Origin: Vicugna vicugna
Taxonomy: Eukaryota
Assembly (NCBI GenBank): GCA_013265495.1
Contig: MU057930.1
Location: 381,599-445,598, forward strand
DNA length: 64,000 bases
Reading direction: 5' to 3'
This document shows, piece by piece, positions 51,728 through 64,000 of the stretch (position 1 is its first letter; every line of letters begins with the position of its first letter). The notes under the pieces are model-generated. The model had not been told where the DNA came from and ran no database searches. It saw nothing but the letters and a program-made list of their open reading frames with translations. A program made the position numbers and the translations under genes.

Positions 51728-52114
51728 GTGATGTAACATATATGTGTATAATCTGCTAACAACACTTGTCTTTATTCTTTCTCCCCAATACCTGGGTAAC
51801 TTTACTCTTATAATTGGTTATAACTGTTGAGAGTTATTCTTGTATCAGACACCGGTCTTATATGACAACGGTCCATCTGAGACTCTTTGAAGTTTTTGAG
51901 TGGGACAAAGATCGGGACGGGAAGTTTTGGAGGTGAAAACATGGCAGGTGAAACCCAGTCCTCCATACAAAATGAAAAGTAATTCTCTAGTCTCTGGTGT
52001 GTGAGATCCAGAAGGCTGAGATGATGGCAAAACGTTCAGTGGATACTTTGAAGTTGATCATGAGTGTCTTGAATTCCATCAAGAAGTCTTCCTTCATATG
52101 GCAATGTTGTCTTA

Positions 52115-52750
52115 CTGTTACAGAACTCAGTTCTCAGAAGTCAATACTTGAGGGGCAAGTGTTGGTAGAAAAGAAAGGTTTTAGTCCAGAGGCTGGCAAC
52201 CAGGGAGAAGGTGGACTCCTGTCCAAAGGCCACCTTCCCACTGTCAATCAGGGAGCAAGAGCTTTTAAAGGGGGAAGTTAGGGGTGTACGGGCACATGGA
52301 AGGGGTTACTTGCAGAACAGCACAGTGAGCTCCAACAGTCATCTTGAAATTGGCCATTGGTGGTCCGGTCAGCATTATTGTGACTGTATTAAGTACTGTT
52401 CATCTTCAGTTCAGGGCCGATCTGTTCCCATTTCTCTGAGGCCAGTTCTCCGAATTGTGGCCGCTCCCGTCCTGGCTGCAGTCTGATCCTTCTAGCGTTT
52501 CAGTTATCCACAGAACGGCTCAAAGGATATGGCTCAGGGTATTTCTTGTAGCCCTGGAAGAGATCCTTGGCTTTGTCTAATGACCAAACTAGTCCTATTT
52601 TGTCTCGCTTGGCTCTTTCCCTTTGCTTCTGTATTTTCTCATTTCTCCGACGAAACTTGTTCTTTGACTAAATTCTTGCTGCAGACAAGAGGCAGGTGGA
52701 GGACGTGGGTAGGGCGCAATCTGTCCTGGGAAGGCTGGTTCCCGTTCAAT
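52115..52750 (-). mobile_element. ERV1-type solo LTR in an ARSF intron (family unassigned)
   Basis: Starts tgtta; contains gcttttaaagggg and acagtcatcttgaaattgg motifs typical of antisense ERV1 LTRs; recognised by pattern only. Confidence 0.5.
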
Positions 52751-52779
52751 TTCATTCCTCCCTGCCACCAAATGATCCA

Positions 52780-52810
<31 letters not shown>

Positions 52811-53660
52811 AAATAGAGTTAATGTCAATGTAATTTTTAAAGTTACTAAGCCAATCACAGTCATAAAAATGCTTTTTCAAGAGATCAGTGGGGTGCACTC
52901 AGTTTGGGGCATGAGTCTAGGGTGTATTTTGGACTCACAGAGGTCCAGGGAGAAGCTTAATCTCAAGCAATATTGTGCTTTGAGCTCTGATTGGGGAAAT
53001 AAGTTCCCTGCCTTGGTTTTAACCAGCAAAGGGAGTTGTTCTCGATTCATACGTAGATAAACTTTTTCTACTTAATGACAGTAGCTATTCACATGGATAT
53101 GATAAGACTAGAACATATTTAATGGTCTTCAAGGATTTTTTTTTCCTTTTGAAGGGATTATCCATGCAGTCAACCATTTACATGAGAATGAAGACAGGTT
53201 CCTTTCTTAAATGATCACTTTTAGGATTAGGTGAGCGTCATTATTCTACTTTCTGCGACCGGATATGTTTGATTATTGCTGTTTCTTAAATATGAGGTAT
53301 GAGACATTTTCTGATACACAATTAAAAGTTTAGGACTCTTTTTTCAGAGGTCCCATAAAATTGCTTTCTCGGGGTAGCGATACCAGAATTGAGAATGGAG
53401 TTCTGATTTCTGAGATTATCTCGTCATCGCTGGGTAGAGCATGGATTGACCTACTCCTTGGTCTTTTCATGTCACTGCAAAATCTTAGATTTTTTTTTCC
53501 CCATGAGAGTACGCTGTCTTTGAGGGCACGCATAGATCTTCTTAAGTATTCGGCACGATTCTCTCCTGGGTGAAGGAATGTCAAGGAGTCCACTGACCAT
53601 CCTTCAAACAGCCTGGTGTTCAACTCCCCCATGTCTGATCCCCTCCGTATGTATCCGCAG

Positions 53661-53782
53661 GGTGATTGACGGCCGGAATCTGCTGCCCTTGCTTCGGGGT
53701 GATGTCCAGCACTCAGAACACGAGTTCTTGTTCCACTACTGTGGTCCTTACCTGCACGCCGCCCGCTGGCATCCAAAGGACA
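53661..53782 (+). CDS. ARSF: ARSF coding exon 9 ([11 protein letters not shown]...HEFLFHYCG...WHPKD)
   Basis: 122 nt; canonical splice sites. Confidence 0.93.
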
Positions 53783-54193
53783 GTGAGTACACGAGCCCTT
53801 GCTTCCTACGCATGCCCAGAGTAGGGTCACTCAAGTTTATTTCCAGCATTTTTTTCTACCCCCCTCCCCACCTCACCACACCTCACACCAGTCCTTTTTT
53901 TCTTGGGTTGCCACGAAAAAGATCTTGGAAGAGTTTCTGACTCACTTTCCTTAGAAAAGCAGGGGGATGCCTTTAGGAAATACAAATTCTGAGCGACACC
54001 ATGAAGGACTGTTTCAAAAGATGTGTCCAGTTATATATGAGGGGATTCTGATGTTCTTGTCTTGCTGTAAGTGTCCAGTGACATTTTAGCATTCACCTGT
54101 GGGCAAAGAGAAAGACCAGAACGATGCTTGAGAAGTTAAAGAAGAGCAGTTGGCACATGGGTTGATGTTGCTGCAATGTCTTTTCTCCTGCAG

Positions 54194-54546
54194 GCAAGGC
54201 AGTGTGGAAGGTTCATTATGTGACCCCAGTATTCCAGCCACCAGGGGCTCAGGCCTGCTATGTGACCACCTACTGCAGATGCTCAGGAGAACTGGTCACC
54301 TACCATGACCCTCCTCTCCTCTTCGACCTCTCCAGGGACCCCTCCGAGTCCAGCCCTCTGACACAGGACACGGAGCCCCTCTATGATTTCGTGATCAAGA
54401 CAGTGGCGGACGCCCTGGAGGAACACAAGAAGACCATCGTCCCGGTCCGACAGCAGCTGTCGGAATTGAATAATGACAGCGTGTGGCTGAGGCCTTGCTG
54501 TGGGGTGTTCCCGTTCTGTTTGTGTGACAAGGAGGAGAGCTCTTAA
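54194..54546 (+). CDS. ARSF: ARSF last coding exon ([11 protein letters not shown]...[17 protein letters not shown])
   Basis: cctgcag| acceptor; stop TAA at 54544-54546; QLSELN and [14 protein letters not shown] match ARSF; spliced CDS is 1743 nt with an intact frame. Confidence 0.94.
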
Positions 54547-54639
54547 GCTGTGCAGGGGTCACAAGGGTTAGGGGAGCAGTTGAGAGCCGGCGATGTGGGT
54601 TTCCAGCTTATGGGTGTTCAAGGTGGGAAGCAATGAATT

Positions 54640-55115
54640 TGAGGGTAAAAGGGGAACAGGACACATCATCCCAGAATGCACCGCTCTGTGATGGGTTGTT
54701 TCGCACTAAAGGCAATTAAGACCCAGTAGACTCCGACGACGCGTCTTCCCTCTCCCTTAACCGCCTAAAAGAGTTTAGATGGGGAAGCTGCACCAGAAAG
54801 ACGCCTATTGCGAAAGCTGACTTTTATATCAGAACGACGTATCTGCACGTGACGGCAAATATTTGTTGACCAAACCCCCTGTTCTTCTCCCCTTTCTATG
54901 AATTGCCTCCCTCCCCTTTGAAGCCCCAGACCCCCTACCCCTTTCTCCTTACCCCAACTCCCTAACTGCGCTGCACTCTGAAGTCTTTGTGGGGAATCTC
55001 ATAGGCATGCCATTAAATTTGTTTCTCCCCTGTTGATGTGTCTTATCTCAATTTAATTATCAGACAAACCAGTGAGCCTGGAAGGGAAAAAAGGACAAGT
55101 TGTTTTCCAACCCGA
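54640..55115 (+). mobile_element. MER34-like LTR directly downstream of the ARSF stop
   Basis: ctaaaggcaattaag...ccctcccctttgaagcccc...attaaatttg...tcccctgttgatgtgtct; recognised by pattern only. Confidence 0.5.
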
Positions 55116-57526
55116 TGAAAACCAGGGCATTGTACTCCCTTTCCAGACGATTACATGTCCGTCTGTTATAATGCTTTTTGCTACTTTTTGTTTGCATTCT
55201 TGATGCAGAATGTTGGTTTGATTTCCAAGTTTTAAAACATATTCAGTGCTTAAAAAAAAAAAGAAAAAGAACGAAAATCCATAGCTATTTGTCCCAATGG
55301 CTCTGTAGCTCTTTGGAAGATAAGCGTCTTTGACCAAGGAGAAAAAACATCTACCACGTAAAGAATGCACTGAAAGGCTCTATCAAAAGTAGCCATTAAG
55401 CCCGTCAAAAGGGCTTATTTTTGCCTGCCCCAGACAGAAAATCAACCAAGGGCAGCCCAATTTTTTGGTACAATGTAGAAGTCTACATGACAATTGGTTT
55501 GTTCTCCAATCATTGATAGAACATCGTCCAGAGCAAGAAGGTTCCTGAGAAAAACCAAACCAGGGACTCAAAAACCTGGTGGGGCACCTGCATTGATTGC
55601 GCCTCGCACGTCTGCCACCAAGGACGTGCTGGAACATCGATGGAGCATCTGATTTCCTTCTTCCTTCACCCTCATGATTTAGGGGCCACCCCATGCGCGC
55701 GTTTCCCAAGGCTGCCTTAAAAAGAAATGGCCACAAACATGGCGGTTTACAAAACAACAGAGCTGTATTCTTTCAGTGTTTTGGAGGCCAGAAGTCCAAA
55801 ACTAAGGAATTGGCAGAGCCTTGCTCTCTCTGAAACTCTGGATAGAAGCGTTCATCGTGTCCCCCCCAGCTTCCAGTGGCGGTTGACCCGCAATCCTTGG
55901 CGTTCCTTGCCTTGTGGAGGCACCCCTCGAGTGTCTGTGTCCATCTTCCCTTTCTGTGTGTCGGTGCCACGTTTCTTTCTGTTAATAAAAACATCCTTCA
56001 TTGGATTAGAGTGCACTGTAATGCAATAGGACCTCATTTTGACTTGGTCACATCTGCACAGACCCTATTTCCAACTAACGTCCCATTCATAGGTACCAGG
56101 GTTTAGGACATCCACATATCTCTTGTGGGGAGACATTTCCACCCACGATACCCTATACAACAAATATCTAGGGTTTGAAACTGTTCTGTTGTGTTGCTCA
56201 GAGAGACAGGGCTCACGTGTTACCAGACTCATAGTGAACCACCGGCCACGCCAACCACAAATCCCCAGGCACACCTCCGCCGTGATGCCTCTCCAAGCGT
56301 AACTCCAGGAGTAACATGATTATGTGTGTTCAATATTTCTTCAACACGCCTCTATTCTTTCACTGCCTTTACTAAGGAAGAGTATGCCAATCTAAAGTCA
56401 AGCACAAACAGCCATATTCATAGTGGGTATTAAGCAAAGATTTTTCTTTCCCTCAAGACCTCTTGGCCAACCCTCTTAGAAACTGTTAGTTGACGAAAGT
56501 CTGACTCATAACTCGGCCACCTCTTGTCCTAATGTTTCCAACACATCAGTATTTCATCACCTATCTTATGAGAAGCTTCCTCTTGAATTTAGGATGTGGT
56601 AGGACAGCGTCTTAGAATTTTAGCATAAGAAAGATCTCCCAAGGCTGTCTCATCACATCCCCTTGTTTGTTGGATGAAGAAAATGGAATGTAGAGATATT
56701 TAAGGGGTTTAGCCCTGGCCACATCATAGCATGAATGGAACCCAAATTGTTTGTCTCTCCCTTTTATTTCCTCCAGTTGCATGTTGAGTAGAGGGTAGAC
56801 AGCCAAGGAAGCATCCTCTTTTCTGCATCCTGGCATGTATAGAGACGAACAAAGATGTTCTACGGCATTTGATGGGCTGGATTCAATAGCAGCCATGCTT
56901 CTTGGCAGCTTAGTGTCTTGGGGCAATTTTTCACCTCAACTGCACTCATATATCCCAGTTTAAAAAAAAAATAGTACTAGCATCATGGAATGGCTGCAAA
57001 GATTCAGAGAGATGGTGCTAGAAAAGACTTCGCACACAGCCCCATACAGAACACAAGATAAATATTTGCTTTTCTATGAGCTGTTTTCAGGATCCCTTAA
57101 AAGTTAACTGCAAGGTATATCATATATCAAAATGATGCAGACCTTTGCCATTTGTCCAAACGCTCCAAATGATAATTAATTAACCATTGTCCCAATGGCA
57201 GTAACAAGTTATATAATTCTGTCTGGATGTAGAGTGACTTAAACGCTTTTTGTATGTTGACTGGGGTGGGAACAAGGGCGTACGGGAAATCTGCGTCTTT
57301 TCCTCTTCTCGTTGATGTGAACCTAAAACTACTCTTTTAAAAGTATTTATATTTCTATACGTATAACACATATTTATATACATATAAAAATTATTTTCTC
57401 GCATCCCCAATATCCAACAATCTCAGACTTCTTGAGCAAGAGATTTTTAACCATCTGATTACTTGAAACACTAGGGGGCACACTCATATAGTTGAGAACT
57501 TCCCTGACTCAAAACCCCTAAGAAGA

Positions 57527-57890
57527 CACAGCAGGAAAAAAAAAAAATGTGGCAATGAATATATGTATGTTCGTGTATAACGGAAAAATTGTGCTCTACA
57601 CTGGAATTTGGCACAACATTGTAAAATGACTATAACTCAATAAAAAATGTTAAAATAAAAAACCCTAAGAAGAAACGAACCTTTTAAAGGCATATGCAGA
57701 ATAGATAAACAAGATTATACTGTATAGCACAGGGAAATATATACAAGATCTTGTGGGAGCTCACAGAAAAAAAAAAACACGTGAAAATCAATATATGTAT
57801 GTTCATGCATAATTGAAAAACTGTGCTGTACATTGGAACTTGCCACATTGTAAAATGACTATAACTCAATAAAAAATGTTAAAAAAAATT
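57527..57890 (+). mobile_element. Two adjacent short L1 3' tails
   Basis: Both end in attgtaaaatgactataactcaataaaaaatgttaaaa; the first is flanked by aaaaccc(c)taagaaga. Confidence 0.8.
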
Positions 57891-60294
57891 TATACGTTTC
57901 CTTCATGTTTATAAAGGTAACCTAAGTTTCAAATCCGTTCTTAAAAAAGGAATTTGCAAGGGACAGACAACTTTTCAACATCTCACCTTCAACTGGATCA
58001 AGACATTCACCCCCACCATCCTCGTGCAACTTAAAAGAAGCATTTACAGAGGCTCCTCCAACTGGTAATAAGTTTGTGTTGTAAATCTTTTGATAGGAAT
58101 TTCAGAAAGTGGAAGTTGAGGCAAGACAGAGTCAGGGGGAATAATCAAAGGGCATAATTTATCATCTGGGTTTTTCCTGAGCAATAGGACGTTGGTGACA
58201 AGCAGAACTTGTGGTCTCTTTTAAACTCATTCCTCCTGGCTCTGGAGAGCATTCACTGAGCACTCAGAAGAATCCAGGCGTTGAGCTGGGTGTGGAGCAA
58301 AGACGCCTCCTTTCCTCTGTCTTGAGACCCTCTTGTTTCAGGGATGGAAAACGAATGAGAATTGGGGGTGACGTTTGCACACGGGGCATCCCAATGTTGT
58401 CATCAGTACTTGGGTATAACTCTTGGGTGTAACTTCTCTACGGAAACGGTACGTCTGCTTGGAATGGCATTTGAGAATCCAATTTTTTTTTTTTAAATGA
58501 AACTTGACTTTGGATGCTTCTGGGTTTCCAGAGAAAACCCTAGCTCCAGGATCGACTTCCAGATGGTAAAGACTCGTGGTGCTAGGGTTATGTCATCTCC
58601 GTTCCTCAGGTCAGCAAACGGCTTTGGAAGTCCAGCCTCTGGCCAGAGGGACTTTCCTTGACATTTGTTCCAGAAAACAGGGGGAGACATAGACAGCCCT
58701 TGTCTCCAAGAAGCACTTGTGTGGGTTGCCTGGATCCCCTGAGGTGAAGATTACTGGCTGAGGGCGGTGGTCCAGCCATGCCTGGATTTTCCAGCTGCAT
58801 TTGGCGGCATGGCCGGCAGCATGGAAGATAAGGACTTCCGATTCAGAAGGTTTCTTGCTGCCTCCCCGGGCATGCTCTACTGAATTTTCCACTGCATTCA
58901 GTTGAGAGCCAAGCAAACATCCATTCGGCAAATGCAGTGATAACCAGTTATTCCTGACATCGCACTGGGTATTTTAGCAAAATTAAAATTCCCTAGCTTT
59001 ACCCAGGGCATTCTGGGGAAATGTTCAAAGTTGTCAAAAATCTCCCTACATCCTGCCAGCTCACCGGACACCATTTATGTTTCAGAAGCAGCAGAAGAAA
59101 TATAATTTCCGACAAAGAGAGAGAGAGCGAGCAGAATTCCATGTAGACATCTACGTCGATGGAAAAACTTAGCTGGGTGGAAACAGCTCGGCAAGTGAAC
59201 TTTTCAAGCTTTCCTTTCATTAGAAACAAAGCTTGTTGGTTCACAGATAAAGGCAAGTGAAGTCCCTCCCCTTCCCTTTTATTTTTATTTTTTTTTTTTT
59301 AGTAAAGGAAAGAATGCTAAGGTTTGCAGCGAACAGCTTGACATTGGCAGCAGAAGTGTGGCCGGAAATACAAAAGTGTTGTTTTGGCCGAAGCTGACTC
59401 TGGAATGGTTCTTTGAAACTCCTCATCTCCGAAGCTACATCATTCTGACTGAGCTGTGCAATATTGCAGCACAGGACACCCTCAGGAGCCCACGTGGTGT
59501 GCGTCCTCGAGAGATTCTGTGCGCCAAGAGACATGCTTATAGATACTGGTTATTGGTGAAATTAAATGAACCTTCTTGGTGATCATGCCTTTCCGGGTTC
59601 ACTGACGTTTGGTGTACACCCAACTTCAACTCTGGAGGAAGTATATTATCTTTCATATCACGACCAGAGCAGCTTTCTTAAAATCATGCGGAAATTCCAC
59701 TTCCATGGGGGAAAAAAAAATGTTTCACTTCAAAGACGACGAGACCAACGGATGCTCTGGAAACAGGGTCTAAACTCTTCAGTTCCCTGTTCATCTGCTG
59801 TGGAGTTGAAATATTAATGGAAATTGTTAAAAGGCTGGGGGGAAAAAAAAAAACCTCTGAACAGATGAACTTACCTTAAACCATAAGTTGTCAGTGACCC
59901 TTACCAAAAGCAGGAGTCATTTCAAAAATTGGTGATGAAAGTAGAGTGACATTAAAAAAAAAAATCTATGGCAAATTTTATTTATACCAGACAAATGTTA
60001 AGTTAATCATGGCTTCTAGTTAATGCATCTCCCAGATCCCGTGATGCTGTGGATGGAACCTAGACTCACTTGCCATTTTTTGGTAGAGTTACGTGGAATT
60101 GTTTACTGAAGCCAAGTGGAATTGCAGCTTAGCTGACGTCCATGCCAGAGGGCTCTGATCACTTCCTGGGGGGAAGGAACGTGGACGCTTTGCAAATGCA
60201 CCCGACAAGGCACATTCTGCTGAAAAATGCAGTGGCCACTTGGTTTGATCTGGAGTCACTTGGAAAAGTGGTGAGACCTTATGGCAAAATGCGT

Positions 60295-60468
60295 AGATGA
60301 GAGATAGAGAGACATGGATGGATGGCTAAGTGGGATGGAGGAGAAGGACAGAGAGACAGACGGATAGATGAGAGACAGACAGAGACAGGATAGAGATTAG
60401 ATAGATAGATAGATTAGATGGATGGATGGATAGATGGATAGATAGATTAGATGGATGGATGGATAGAC

Positions 60469-60525
<57 letters not shown>

Positions 60526-60740
60526 GATAGATAGATAGGTAGGATGGATAGATAGACAGATAGATAGATAGACAGATAGATAGATAGATAGATAGGATGG
60601 ATAGATAGACAGACAGACAGATAGATAGATAGATAGACAGATAAATGATAGACATAGAAGACAGACAGATGGTAGTTGATTGATGGATAGATAGATACAA
60701 TAAATATGCAGGATGGATGGATAGAGAGATGATAGATGTA
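60295..60740. repeat. (GATA/GGAT/GACA)n compound microsatellite
   Basis: Direct inspection. Confidence 0.9.
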
Positions 60741-60893
60741 TATGAAGTTACTTTATTTCTCAATAATTCAATTTTGTTACTTGATTGAGTCAAGATTTAC
60801 ACAAACAAAAGGACTGGAAGCAACTTCTTTTCAAGAGGCGTCCTGTTTGGGGTCCCTGTTTCCTTCTGCAGCGAAGGGCGCTCACAAGTTGGA

Positions 60894-60971
60894 GCAGCTT
60901 CCAGGACACAAGATCAAGACGCATCACACGTGCAGCTTCCAGGACACAAGATCAAGACGCATCACACGTGC
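60894..60971. repeat. 38-bp perfect tandem duplication
   Basis: gcagcttccaggacacaagatcaagacgcatcacacgt occurs twice in a row. Confidence 0.9.
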
Positions 60972-61419
60972 TGACAGCGAGCAGGGGTTATTCGAGGAGG
61001 TTCCTGGGGATCAGCGCTGCCCGTCTTTTCCATCCCTTCCTGCCCCATCTGGAGGATCACTCTCCCCCGACAGCTCACCTCCGCAGGTCGCTTCTGACCT
61101 CTGGGAGAGGCGTCAGAGTAGGACGCAACATTTCCGTCACTACGGTAACAACAGATAACTCTGCTGCAGAGACGCCTGGCTTTGTATTCTTCTCAATCCA
61201 AGTCGGAGACTGTTGTCATCCGGAGAAGGATGTGGCAGAGACTTTGTTTACACCTCCCACCAGGGTCAAGGGGCGGGAGGCACTGGTGAAACCACACCCA
61301 GACACAGACACACTCATACACACACACACAGCACACAGCACACACCACATGTACACCGTACACAGAGACACACACACCACACACACCACATGCACATACC
61401 ACACACCACATATACACCA

Positions 61420-62765
61420 TACACACCCCACACACCCCACACACCACATATACACCAGACACACCACACACATCCCACATACAAAACACACACCACACAC
61501 ACCCCACACACCCCACACACCACATATACACCAGACACACCACACACATCCCACATACAAAACACACACCACACACACCCCACACACCCCACACACCACA
61601 TATACACCAGACACACCACACACATCCCACATACAAAACACACACCACACACACCCCACACACCCCACACACCACATATACACCAGACACACCACACACA
61701 TCCCACATACAAAACACACACCACACACACCCCACACACCCCACACACCACATATACACCAGACACACCACACACATCCCACATACAAAACACACACCAC
61801 ACACACCCCACACACCCCACACACCACATATACACCAGACACACCACACACATCCCACATACAAAACACACACCACACACACCCCACACACCCCACACAC
61901 CACATATACACCAGACACACCACACACATCCCACATACAAAACACACACCACACACACCCCACACACCCCACACACCACATATACACCAGACACACCACA
62001 CACATCCCACATACAAAACACACACCACACACACCCCACACACCCCACACACCACATATACACCAGACACACCACACACATCCCACATACAAAACACACA
62101 CCACACACACCCCACACACCCCACACACCACATATACACCAGACACACCACACACATCCCACATACAAAACACACACCACACACACCCCACACACCCCAC
62201 ACACCACATATACACCAGACACACCACACACATCCCACATACAAAACACACACCACACACACCCCACACACCCCACACACCACATATACACCAGACACAC
62301 CACACACATCCCACATACAAAACACACACCACACACACCCCACACACCCCACACACCACATATACACCAGACACACCACACACATCCCACATACAAAACA
62401 CACACCACACACACCCCACACACCCCACACACCACATATACACCAGACACACCACACACATCCCACATACAAAACACACACCACACACACCCCACACACC
62501 CCACACACCACATATACACCAGACACACCACACACATCCCACATACAAAACACACACCACACACACCCCACACACCCCACACACCACATATACACCAGAC
62601 ACACCACACACATCCCACATACAAAACACACACCACACACACCCCACACACCCCACACACCACATATACACCAGACACACCACACACATCCCACATACAA
62701 AACACACACCACACACACCCCACACACCCCACACACCACATATACACCAGACACACCACACACAT
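61420..62765. repeat. 76-bp CA-rich minisatellite, about 17-18 near-perfect copies, with degenerate flanks (about 61290-62945)
   Basis: Same sequence recurs at 61441, 61517, 61821 and 62581 (multiples of 76). Confidence 0.95.
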
Positions 62766-64000
62766 CACACATACAACATACACACCACACACACCCCACA
62801 CACCACATATACAGCAGACACACCACACACACACCACGTATACACCCTACACACAGACACATACCACACACCACACACCATGCACCACACACACACACAC
62901 ACTACACACACACGCAGTCACACCACATACACCCACACACAGACATTCAGTTTCTGGAAGGCATTTTTTTCTCTCCTATGTCCACTCTATTTCACTTCTA
63001 TTCCCCCAGTAGAAATAGTGGCCTCAGAGCTGTAAAGTGAAGGCTGTTTTTCTGAGAACCCGAGGGCATGGTTCAGATTTCTGATTTAGTTTTCTTAAAG
63101 CTCCCAAACTGTATGGGGCAGGACCTAAGACAGAGCTTCAAGAACACTGAGTCTTAGTCCAGCTCTGTGATTTCCACCGTAGCTTTTTATTTTATTCCCC
63201 ACCCCCCACTTTTTTTTTGTTTTTCAGTGACAGGGTAATAGAATGGATATTTTTTAGGGGAAGGGTTGAAGTTTGTTTTGCAGGCGTAGAGATTTGAGAT
63301 ACAGGGAAGGGAGGGGATAATGGGTGTGATCAACCCCCGCAGGATTCAACTGAACCAGGTTTCGAGCCTCCTTGAAGCCGCTGGGCATGCAAATGCTCGA
63401 CTGGTGTGCCTGCGACAGGAAACACAAGGCAGGGTCTCTGGACGGGAGGGGATGGCGGTATTGTTTGCATCCCGCGGGCTCCACTTTGATTTAAATTTAT
63501 TTAAATGTTACCCTTCACCCAGTGGTGTCTTGCTAACAGTCTACACCCTGCAGAACGAGAAAAACAAGTTTTTGTAACGTTTTCAAATTCCATCGGTATG
63601 ACTTAGAAGTCAGACCTACTAATTCTTAGAGGAGAATTAAACATAAGCTATATAATCGCCAACAATTATTAAACATTGTCGTCACCGATCATTTGGAGCA
63701 AGAGGAGGGTGGAGCGGGAGGATGATGTGAAATCACTTTGTCCTGTTTCAGAGCGGGGACTCCAGCCGTCCTTCTGGAAGCCGATTGGGAAACGGACATC
63801 TACACCTTCTGTGGAGAATTGCAGAAATAATCGTCTTGAACCAAAATGTGACTTCCATGCGTTTACATTCGACCTCTGGCTACGTCTCACGTACCCACCA
63901 AGCGCCCCTGAAACTGTAAACCGACCAGCATATAAGCTCTTGATTCTACTGTTAGTTGGCTTATTTTGTTTCATTTTATTAGGAACACTGGTCTAGATTT

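Noticed and set aside
36909..54546. Calling the plus-strand gene ARSH on the basis of position
   Set aside because: Diagnostic residues in several exons match recalled ARSF, not ARSH.
57466..57484. CTCF-like motif (cactagggggcac)
   Set aside because: A single short motif match is not enough without binding or conservation data.
61420..62765. CRISPR-like regular array
   Set aside because: Head-to-tail identical units with no unique spacers, no cas genes and a mammalian context.
60785..63040. Long ORFs of 507-751 aa (His/Thr/Pro-rich and Cys/Val-rich) on both strands
   Set aside because: They arise from the stop-free 76-bp CA-rich minisatellite, are open in nearly all frames and show no gene structure.

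Overview
Mammalian genomic DNA containing part of the X-linked/pseudoautosomal arylsulfatase cluster. A camelid source is inferred from the abundant tRNA-derived SINE family. Three spliced genes were reconstructed by hand from splice sites and paralogous exon lengths (150/122/123/424/137/135/163/122 nt). (1) The 5' end of ARSD (minus strand, exons 1-3, continuing off the left edge). (2) A complete ARSL/ARSE (minus strand, 10 coding exons, 572 aa). (3) A complete ARSF (plus strand, 10 coding exons, 580 aa). All three keep the formylglycine motif CxPSR. ARSH, which lies between ARSL and ARSF in human, is not recognisable here. In its place are a ~700-bp inverted repeat with a ~393-bp apparently identical core, which brackets the putative ARSF promoter and ATG exon, and a chimeric templated patch with a microhomology junction. 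The ARSL membrane-hairpin exon is extremely GC-rich, 39 nt shorter than its paralog and poly-Ala-rich. ARSL also appears to use a GC-AG intron. The rest is SINEs, L1 3' fragments, LTRs, microsatellites and a 76-bp minisatellite. Gene names rest on recalled human protein sequences, not on a database search. Repeat boundaries and family names are approximate.
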